Source: Octopus sinensis
Lineage: Eukaryota
Assembly (NCBI RefSeq): GCF_006345805.1
Contig: NW_021826041.1
Location: 1 to 13,867, forward strand
Length of the DNA: 13,867 nt
Direction: 5' to 3'
In this document: positions 1 through 8,092 of the stretch, piece by piece
Position numbering within the stretch: position 1 is the stretch's first letter
Layout: every line of letters starts with the position of its first letter
The notes under the pieces: model-generated
The model's database searches: none
What the model saw: the letters and a program-made list of their open reading frames with translations, nothing else
What the model was told of the DNA's origin: nothing
Translations under genes and position numbers: made by a program

Positions 1-695
1 ACAATGTGCAGACGACTCACTGGCTGGATCCTGAGGACATTCCGGACAAGAGACTGCGAGACCATGTTGACACTATGGAGGACATTTGTCCTAAGCCCGC
101 CACTACTGCTCCCAACTGTGGTCACCACATAGTGTCAAACTAACCACAGAGCTTGAGACAATCCAAAGACATTTCACCAAGATTATTCCACCATGAAAGA
201 AAAGAACTATTGGGAGAGGCTTAGGGAACTCAATTTGTACTCCTTGGAACGAAGACGAGAGAGATATGCAGTGATATACATATGGAAAATCCTGGAGGGA
301 CTAGCACCAAATTTTGGAATTGAGAGCTGTTCCAGTCCCCGTACAGGACGTCACTGTGTGGTGCAAAGTCCCGTCTTCCACATCCAGGGTAAGGAGCAGA
401 TACTGTAATAGCCTGGGGTTCAGGGGCCCTCAGCTGTTCAACAACTGCCAAGAAAACTAAGAGATCTACATGATGCGGATGTGGACATTTTCAAAAAACA
501 TCTAGACAAGCTGCTTTCCGGGATCCAGATGAACCCACTGCAAGGTACGAAGGTAACCTAAGGGCAGCAGCTACAAACTCTCTCTTAGATCAGTGGCCAG
601 CCACGGCAAACTGGACTTAGAGAGGGTAGCAACAAGAGCGGTGCCCCAGCATGGCCTCAGCCGGATGGCTGAAACAAGTAAAAGAGTAAAGAGTA
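1..695 (+). mobile_element. 3' end of a CR1-group non-LTR retrotransposon (ORF2 C-terminus, short 3' UTR, GTAAA(A)GA tail); runs off the left window edge
   Basis: Joining frames gives ..GWILRTFRTRDCETMLTLWRTFVLS/YCSQLWSPHSVKLTTELETIQRHFTK/MKEKNYWERLRELNLYSLERRRERYAVIYIWKILEGLAPNFG../SLGFRGPQLFN/LPRKLRDL..VDIFKKHLDKLLSGI/PDEPT..RAAATNSLLDQW..TAG(618-620). This is the typical post-RT region of CR1-like ORF2. About 5 frameshifts. A short-repeat tail follows, then (TA)n. Confidence 0.88.
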
Positions 696-822
696 ATATA
701 TATTATATATATATATATATAATATATATAATATATATATATATATATATACATACATTTATTTCAAGGCTTGCTTGGAGATACATGGTATCTTTTATAT
801 AATTATATATATATATATATAT
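696..822. repeat. (TA)n microsatellites around a short unique spacer
   Basis: TA runs at about 696-752 and 797-822. Confidence 0.9.
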
Positions 823-1023
823 GCCTACTTGAAGTGCCATTAAAATATGAAACTGTTTGTGCATCAAACTGATATTTATCGCTCACTTGTTGATTTACCT
901 GTATTGGATCTATCTTTAAACTACATCTCCACACACACACACTCATAATCTTAAGAATATTATTTCTCTTACTCGCATTTTTCCATGAAATATATATACG
1001 TGTAAATATATATATATATATAT

Positions 1024-1469
1024 GGGTGGGAAGGGGCTGTTGACACAATCGTTTCATTCACAAATTGAATTCGGTGATACCAGTTGCGGATTCTAGCTCG
1101 CTCTGATACTGAGTTGAGTTGGTGCCTTCTGGTATCTCAAAATTCAATATATAATCATTTATGATTATAGTATTCTACGCTGAAGAGAAAAGAAGTTTCG
1201 GTAAGATAGAATTATTTAATATTTAATATTTAATTCTTATGCTTTCCTTAAAACTTGATTTCGAAACGTACGTCCGTGGATAACTAAAAAAAAAATGTAT
1301 GATAGATTGCAGTCAATTCATTCTCTCTTACCTGTTTGTGTCTGCCTTCCAAATGCTGTTTTTACTGAGATCTCCCTTTTTAGTAGAAGAAATAGCTATA
1401 ACCCTTTGACTGCTATTTCTAAATTCGGTATGTGGTAAGGCAACTCGTTGCTAAACCCTTATTGCTTAG
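1024..1469 (+). mobile_element. Hammerhead-containing, hairpin-rich non-coding cassette in (TA)n (Penelope-like LTR or retrozyme-like unit)
   Basis: Bounded by TA tracts on both sides, no ORF, contains the hammerhead at 1174-1280 and four further hairpins. The class assignment is inferred from the known association of type I hammerheads with Penelope-like elements and retrozymes. Confidence 0.6.
1174..1280 (+). ncRNA. Type I hammerhead ribozyme with elongated stem II
   Basis: Stem I TCTACG(1174-1179)/CGTGGA(1275-1280); core CTGAAGA(1180-1186); stem II 1187-1262 closed by G1187-C1262; GAAA(1263-1266); palindromic stem III ACGTACGT(1266-1273); GUC triplet with predicted cleavage after C1274. 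Confidence 0.8.
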
Positions 1470-1477
1470 TATATATA

Positions 1478-1525
<48 letters not shown>

Positions 1526-1529
<4 letters not shown>

Positions 1530-1726
1530 GACCTCGTGTGTACCGTTGGCGATTTTCTTCCTCTGTCTTCCCTTCTCTGATCTTTCTTTCCTTCTCCTAT
1601 GTTTCCGACGAAGAGCTCCGCTCGAAACGTTAAGCCCTCCTTCTTTCCTGAGCGTCCAATAATACTATATTTGTTCCACGTCCTCGCATTGTTGTGTTTT
1701 TTTTGTGCTTTCTTGTTTGGATTAAC
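1526..1726 (+). mobile_element. ~200-bp TA-flanked repeat with a variant minimal hammerhead (Penelope-like LTR-type family), copy 1
   Basis: Flanked by (TA)n. Collinear with the reverse complement of 13653-13867 through blocks TGTRACC, GTTGGCGATTT, TGTTTCCGANGAAGAG, GCTCGAAACGT, CTGAGCGTC, CCACGTCC and ATTRACTATA. Confidence 0.7.
1601..1635 (+). ncRNA. Minimal type I hammerhead-like motif, non-canonical core
   Basis: GTTT-CCGACGA-A-GAGC(TCC)GCTC-GAAA-CG-TT-AAGC. Stem I GTTT/AAGC, 4-bp stem II, ACGT mini stem III. Has a U4C change and an extra A relative to the consensus. Confidence 0.5.
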
Positions 1727-1745
1727 TATATATATATATATAAGT

Positions 1746-1783
<38 letters not shown>

Positions 1784-1794
1784 TGTGTGTGTGT
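1727..1794. repeat. (TA)n-(TG)n microsatellite
   Basis: Direct inspection. Confidence 0.95.
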
Positions 1795-1800
1795 CAATCC

Positions 1801-1854
1801 TTTCTGCTATAGGCACAATGCCTTAAATTTTGGAGGTGGAGACTAATCGATTAC
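1801..1854 (-). mobile_element. 3'-terminal fragment of SINE family B
   Basis: TTTCTGCTATAGGCACAATGCCTTAAATTTTGGAGG..TAATCGATTAC aligns with 4021-4074 and 4183-4230. Confidence 0.65.
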
Positions 1855-2171
1855 TTCTGCTATAGGCCCGGGCCGACCAATGCCTTATGAGTGGATTTGG
1901 TAGACGGAAACTGAAAGAAGCCTGTCGTATATATGTATATATATATATGTATGTGTGTGTGTTTGTGTGTCTGTGTTTGTTCCCCTAGCATTGCTTGATA
2001 ACCGATGCTGGTGTGTTTACATCCCCGTAACTTAGCGGTTCGGCAAAAAAGACCGATAGAATAAGTACTGGGCTTACAAAAAGAATAAGTCCTGGGGTCG
2101 AGTTGCTCGACTAAAGGCGGTGCTCCAGCATGGCCGCAGTCAAATGACTGAAACAAGTAAAAGAGTAAAAG

Positions 2172-2172
<1 letters not shown>
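1855..2172 (+). mobile_element. SINE family A, 5'-truncated, with internal (TA)n(TG)n and LINE-derived tail
   Basis: Collinear with the reverse complement of about 9527-9852. Ends GCGGTGCTCCAGCATGGCCGCAGTCAAATGACTGAAACAA(GTAAAAGA)2. Confidence 0.92.
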
Positions 2173-2218
<46 letters not shown>

Positions 2219-2429
2219 CATATATATATACATATGTATAGATACACACACACACAGCTCACATATATACATACGTAGGTTCACTGACTGTCTAGCAATT
2301 GCAGGAGGACATAGAAACACACGCGATGGCGAAAAAGCGCAGTGCAAGACCGCCCTGGCGTGATGGGCCCTTATTATTTGTTAGAATATCTGCCTAGCAA
2401 AAAGGATTTTTCCTCTAGTTGCCCTACCC

Positions 2430-2600
2430 AATGTTGGGCTAAGGAGAGGAAAGCTCCTCCGTCTGAAAAATGAATACAGTTCTGTGCGCCATTTATTTAC
2501 TATGAACAATGCCATGCCCAGGAATTTCTTGGAAAAATACTTTCGAAAAATAGTCCAGCGGCGTTGGGTAGTCGCATAGTGACGCATAAAGACTGGCTTG
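2430..2600 (-). pseudogene. Possible degraded piggyBac-like transposase fragment
   Basis: With a one-base slip in a T5 run, the minus strand reads PTPLDYFRKYFSKKFLGMALFIVNKWRTELYS. This is reminiscent of the piggyBac N-terminal TPxxYFxxFF..IVxxTNxY segment. No catalytic residues or TTAA/TIR ends were found. Confidence 0.3.
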
Positions 2601-2906
2601 ACCACTGGAAATATGTAATTATAAACATGTACGTACATAACTTGTGATATTTGAATTCTTTCTTTTCCATAGCATTCTTATAGAGGGAGGTAACATACTT
2701 TACGTTGTGTACCTAAATAGTCAATTCTAGGAATTGTTAAAGATGGTCGAAACAGAGCTTGTCTAATTCTGCAACTGTTCAGCTCTTCCACGGCCGCTGT
2801 GGTGGGGTGGTTGTCCTCTTTTTGCGGGTTTCCATTGGAACATCCGAGAAATTTTACAATTTTCTGAGGAATAGTACTGGAACACGAGCTGACGTTTCCA
2901 ACATTT

Positions 2907-3177
2907 ATATCATATCATATCATATATCATATCGTATCGTATCATATCATATCGTATCATAACATATCATATATATATCATATCATATACGTATCATAAC
3001 ATATCATATATATATATCATAGCATAGCATATATATATATATGGGTGTGTGTGTATATATATATATATATGAACATATATACACACACAGACGTGCGTAT
3101 ATGTATATGTGCGTGCATATATGTTTACATATATAAGAACATAAATGTATATATATATGCATACACACACACACACC
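2907..3177. repeat. (ATATC)n/(ATCGT)n pentamer microsatellite grading into TA/TG/CA low-complexity DNA
   Basis: Direct inspection. Confidence 0.9.
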
Positions 3178-3533
3178 ACCTTCATTCTTTCTCTTTTCTC
3201 AGACACATTCAACGTTCACCCTCACATTTACTCAAATAAAAAAAAATGGTTGCAACAAAACAACAATATTGATTTCGCATTCCCCCCCCCCTCCGCCGCC
3301 CCATGCAATTCTTAGTTTCACACGAATTAACAAACGGCAACAACAACAAAACGAAGACCAACAAAAACAACACGAACAACACGATCGACATCAAAATAAG
3401 AAGTGTCACAAAAGCATATCCGCATAACTGAAACGCGAATAAACATGGCGCATAATTTCTTGGCGGGGTTGGTTGCCGTGTCAGTCATTTTTTCTGTGTT
3501 ATTCTTGCCTGTTTTAGAAATATTTACTTACAG

Positions 3534-3613
3534 CCTCCTCCTCCTCCTCCTCCACCACCACCACCACTACTACCACCCCCGCCAGCACCACCATCACTAC
3601 CACCATCATCGCA

Positions 3614-3656
<43 letters not shown>

Positions 3657-3760
3657 TATTACTACTACTACCAGCCCTACCAGCACCACCATCACTACCA
3701 CCTTCATCACAACTACTACTATTAGACCATAACCCTTATGGCTACCCATCACTACTACTT
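3534..3760. repeat. Compound trinucleotide repeat (CCT)n(CCA)n(CTA)n
   Basis: Direct inspection. It explains the Leu/His/Tyr/Thr runs of ORF 3403-3732. Confidence 0.95.
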
Positions 3761-3792
3761 TCAACAGTAATGATGACAGTGATGGTGTTTAA

Positions 3793-4000
3793 TTTTGGCT
3801 TAAGGCAAATTTGGCAGGAGGAGGAGGGGATAATCTACTATGTAGACCCCTGTACTTCACTCGTACTTTATTTTATCGACCCGAAAGGCTGAAAGGTAAA
3901 TGTTAACCTCGGCGGCATTTGAACTCAGAACATAGAGAGCTGATAGACATATTACTAAGCATTTTGTCTGGAATGCTAACGATTCTACCAGTTCGCCGCC
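3793..4000 (-). mobile_element. SINE family B, diverged near-full-length copy
   Basis: Reverse complement begins GGCGGCGAACTGGTAGAATCGTTAGCA, has a B-box GAGTTCAAATGCC and a central GAGGTTAAC..CCTTTCAGCCTTTCGGGTCGATAAAATAA. Matches 11714-11880. Confidence 0.85.
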
Positions 4001-4020
4001 TTATATTTGTCAATAACTAT

Positions 4021-4587
4021 TTTCCCACTATAGACACAATATCTGGAATTCGTGAGAGTTGGTCAGTCGATTACATCGACCCCAATCTTCAACTGGTACT
4101 TATTTTATCGACCTCGAAACGATTAAAATCAAAGTTGACTTCGACGGGATTTGAACTCAGCCTGTGAAGAGCCGGGATAAATATTATAGACACGAAGCCT
4201 GAAATTCGAGGGGGGTAGTCAGTTGATTACATCGACCCCAGTCTTCAAACGGTACTTATTTTGTCAACCACGAAACGATTAAAATCAAAGTTGACCTCGA
4301 CGAGATTTGAACTCAGCTTGTAAAGAACCGAGACATAAGTCGCAAGGCATTTTGTTCGACGATCCAACAATTCTTCCAAATTTCTAAGAGAGGGTTAGGA
4401 CTAGTTTTTTAAGGAGTTAGTCTGTTAATTCGACTCCAGTACTTGCCACGAACTTTATTTGTCGATCCTGGAAGGACAAAGGGCAAAGTTGATCCCGGCA
4501 GGATTTGAACTCAGGATGTAAAGAGATAAAACGTATATCTCGAAGCGTTTTACCCGATGTCATGAAGATTCTACCAAATTTCTAAGA
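4021..4587 (-). mobile_element. Three further head-to-tail SINE family B units (~4021-4180, ~4183-4377, ~4378-4575)
   Basis: Each unit has TCGACCCC/TCGACTCC, AAAGTTGA and GATTTGAACTCAG blocks in the same order. Confidence 0.85.
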
Positions 4588-4642
4588 TATGCACGAAGCC
4601 AGTATTTTCGCAATGACAACAAGGCGGTGAAACACAGCTTAC

Positions 4643-4709
4643 CCTTCACGATCGAAGGAGGGCGCTGGGAGATCTTCATGTTGGATTTAGCTGGTAGCCC
4701 CGGATTCAT
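4643..4709 (-). other. Candidate exon of an unknown minus-strand gene
   Basis: GC-richer unique island reading MNPGLPAKSNMKISQRPPSIVK and ending at G|GTAAGC (donor 4642-4637). No homology recognised. Confidence 0.22.
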
Positions 4710-5899
4710 TCCTAAAAGCGGGCCGGCAGCTGTTTGGTATAACTATATGTGCCAATAATACTTAGTCAATGAATTAAATAATGATGAGAGCAGTATAGAC
4801 GCGGAAACGTAGCTCTCCGAAATCTGAATTAAACACCAAAGTCATAATCAAAATTTACAAAAAAGACAAAATACGGTGATTTATAATGATCCCAATAAAG
4901 TTAATTCCTAAAAAAAAAATTGTAGGTTTTACGATCAATATATTATGAAGACGAGAAACTGATCGTTTAAGAAAAAACAAAACAACGAAACAAACTTTTG
5001 AATATAATTTATAAGAGCATAAAACTATTTCATGAAGTACAACAAATAATATTTTATGGCTTTCAAGTGAGTATTGCACAAAATATATTGTTTAAGCAGT
5101 AATTAATATTTGCAAAGATGAGGAACAACGAGCAGTGAGCATTTCATATATACAAAACAAAATGAAACGAGCCAATGTTATTTAAATCCAGATCAACAAT
5201 GCTTAAAGACAAATTAAATCGCAATAAAAATACTTGCGGACGAATAATGGTGCTTAGTGAATGTCGAAGTGTGACTTTGTTGCTGGTTCGTTATTCAACG
5301 TGAAACAATATAACAAAACTCATATTCTATAGTTGGGGCTCTCTAACCAGAGTAAGTGTACCTCTAGGGGTACGCAAGAGAAATTGTGGGGACTCGTGAG
5401 GTTTATGAAAACACTGATATTCTGAATAATCTCAAATAACTAAATACAGCTACTGGGTCTAAAAAATATCTATAAATATGTTCCTATTGTTTTATGGCTG
5501 AAAACATCACTACAAACTCTTGTGAACTAAAGTTTTCAGCAATATTTATAACCAAAGACAAATTCCTTCAAAGACTTGGAATTGAAAATGATATATAGGT
5601 GTATCTTTCCGAAACTGTTTAAAATAGAGTTATTAGAAGTGGCCAAACTAATGTAGCTTATTAAATTAAATTGATTTCTTACATAATTACAAGGCCAGAA
5701 AAGAATGGGCGGGGATTCTTGGACAAGTGGCGAAGGAGAGAAAAGATGTTGCCAGGCGAATGAGAAAGCAAGCCATTGGACAAGTGGTGTACAAAGAGTG
5801 AGCATTGAAACACACTTATAGAGCCATCTTACAAATGTATGCACTGGCAGAAACATACCTTTAGCTCATATAAGTAAGTTTTACCAGTCTTTATCGTTT

Positions 5900-6270
5900 G
5901 AACATTTAGTTCAACTTGCAATTTACTTCTATAGAGAAATCTACTTCCAAGCCTTTGAACATTTCTTTAACCAATATATCCCTCTTTATTTATTCTCTAC
6001 TTACTATTTCTTTACCTCCTTCTCTTCCTAGGGTCTGCCTTTGACGTCGGATCTACTAACGGTTTTTAAAAAAATACTTAATAGCGTTCTGTTTATCATT
6101 TATGCAGTCATCAAAATTGTTATAATGTCTTATTGTTGAGATAGGTTCTCTTTCTTTCCTAATGAGAAGATTGCATTATTTTACACAGTTTATTCCTTTG
6201 GAATAAAACCAATGTTGTCTTCGAAACATATGTCGAAAGTAAAAGAATTTGAATAACATCTGCGTTCAAC
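5900..6270 (-). pseudogene. Possible very degraded reverse-transcriptase fragment (Penelope-like)
   Basis: A minus frame with stops gives ..RE*IKRDILVKEMFKGLEVDFSIEVNCKLN.., loosely like the post-catalytic IxKxIxxxFKxxGLxIxIExNxK segment of Penelope-type RTs. No intact YxDD. Confidence 0.25.
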
Positions 6271-6328
6271 TCCATTTATTTACTTATATATATATATATA
6301 TATTATTTATATCATTTATATTATTATA

Positions 6329-6709
6329 CTAGCAGTATCGCCCGGCGTTGCTCAGGTTTGTAAGGGAAATAACTATAAAGCATTTTTAGAGAGTTATAGC
6401 CAAAAAATAGCAAAAAATGGAAAAAAATGATGGTAAATTTTTTTTTGAGAGTAAAAAAAGTTTGAGTTGCGTCCCCTAGACAGTCTGTGGTTATTTTTTT
6501 GATTCTCGACCCCAGTCGAATTTATCGATTTTTTTCAGAACTGGGGGAACTTTTCAAAATTTTTCGCTGCGTTAGTTTTGAATTATGACATTGGGCTATG
6601 TGTGTGTCAAGTTTCATCAGAATCGGTTGAAGCCGGGGTCAAGTGAGGGTACGAGAAAACAGACACACAGAAACACGCACAGACAAACTGCCGTTTATAT
6701 AGAGAGAGA
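6329..6709 (-). mobile_element. Non-autonomous Helitron, 381 bp
   Basis: Minus strand: host A(6710)|TC start (TCTCTCTCTATATAAA..), 3' end CTAG(6332-6329)|host T. Imperfect GC-rich hairpin CCTGAGCAACGCCGGG (6356-6341) lies just upstream of CTAG. No TSD. Confidence 0.85.
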
Positions 6710-6919
6710 TGATTGAATGCCACGCATCTCCTTCCAAGTAATATATATATATATACATAAAAAATATACATAGATACATACACACGCATGTATAGATGTG
6801 TGCGCGTGTTTGACGACTTCTTGTAGGGATAGATAGAGAGAAACAGAAACAGAGAGAGAGACAGACAGACAGACAGAGAGAAATATCTATCTTAGTTAAT
6901 GACTAGCAAATTATCCGCC

Positions 6920-7043
6920 ATCGGCCGGTTCGAAAAGATGAAAATCAAATCTAACCTCATCGGAATTTGAACTTACATCACACAGAGCCAGAACGAATAC
7001 CAGCAAACACCCACGCTCTAACGACTCGGCCAACTCTACGCTT
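6920..7043 (-). mobile_element. Highly diverged SINE family B 5' half
   Basis: CGAAAAGATGAAAATCAAATCTAACCTCATCGGAATTTGAACT and CTAACGACTCGGCCAACTC align with family B blocks. Confidence 0.6.
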
Positions 7044-7702
7044 TGAGTAAATACCGAATGATAAAATTGGAACAACGACAGCAGTAGCAGCAGTGAAGCA
7101 AGAGAAACGACACAGCATGATTGAGAGAAGGACGGTGTGAGGGCCATTATCTTTTTCTAGGATTTTAAACGTTATCAAAATATTAGCAATGGAAAATAAA
7201 ATAATACAAATCAGATATTGACACTTGTCAGAAAGTCACGTGACCTTCGTGAACCATAAAGTCAGAAAGTGTCACAGAAGAATGCCATGATGAGTTAAGA
7301 GGAATTAGAAGAAGAAGTAGAACTCTACTTGCGACCGTTGTCATTTGCGGTTGAATTGCTGGGTATCATTGGCTGATTCTGAAATTATCTAACCAATCAA
7401 AATTGACCATGTTTTGATTTTCAATTTAACATTGAATTTATGCCCTGAGAGGGACGGATTATTATGTGTGATTTCTTCATTTATCTAAACAAGGGACGCA
7501 GGATAATTTCTTTAATCACCAAGTGACATTGTAAAACAACAATGCCCACATACGCATGCGCAAACAAACGCACGCATGTTACATACATATATATGTATCA
7601 TTACAAGGATATATATGTATGTGTGAGGTATATAACCATAGCTGTTGCAAACTGTATGTATGTGTGCTTGTTTTCATGTTAAGTACGTACGTACATACGT
7701 AT

Positions 7703-7703
7703 G

Positions 7704-7766
<63 letters not shown>

Positions 7767-7799
7767 GTCTGTCTGTCTGTCTGTCTGACTGACTGACTG
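7703..7799. repeat. (TCTA)n(TCTG)n(ACTG)n tetramer microsatellite
   Basis: Direct inspection. Confidence 0.95.
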
Positions 7800-7850
7800 C
7801 ATGTGTTTGTCTGTGTGCGAGGTTTAAGTGAGTGTGTATAATATATATAT

Positions 7851-7984
7851 CGGCAAAATGTGACTGATAGGATAGGTACCACACACATAAAAAAATGTAC
7901 TTGGAACAATTCATTCGGTTAAAAATTCTTCAAGACGGTACCCCCAATGGCCGCAGTCTAAGACTAAAACAAGTAAAGGTAAAA
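7851..7984 (+). mobile_element. Old diverged 3' part of a family A-like SINE
   Basis: CGGCAAAA..GACTGATAGGATAGGTAC..CGGTACCCCCAATGGCCGCAGTCTAAGACTAAAACAAGTAAA aligns with 2041-2172. Confidence 0.7.
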
Positions 7985-7986
7985 CG

Positions 7987-7988
7987 TA

Positions 7989-8034
<46 letters not shown>

Positions 8035-8092
8035 ATATTGATATATTTATGTGATATATATCTATATATATATATATAGATATATATATATA
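7987..8092. repeat. (TA)n-rich tract
   Basis: Direct inspection. Confidence 0.9.

Noticed and set aside
3403-3732. ORF with a hydrophobic, signal-peptide-like start (MAHNFLAGLVAVSVIF..) and His/Tyr/Thr runs
   Set aside because: More than half is trinucleotide repeat, and the hydrophobic part follows from T-rich sequence. No other support.
4021-4587. Regularly recurring conserved blocks resembling a CRISPR array
   Set aside because: The intervening sequences are homologous, the units are SINE monomers, the context is eukaryotic and there are no cas genes.
4780-4830. ATGATGA-GAGC..GCTC-TCCGAAA hammerhead-like string
   Set aside because: C3 is missing, stem II is not adjacent to GAAA, and there is no stem I or III.
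5330-5560. Possible hAT/Charlie-like terminus (GGGGCTCTCTAACC..GGGGTACGC)
   Set aside because: No matching second TIR or 8-bp TSD was found.
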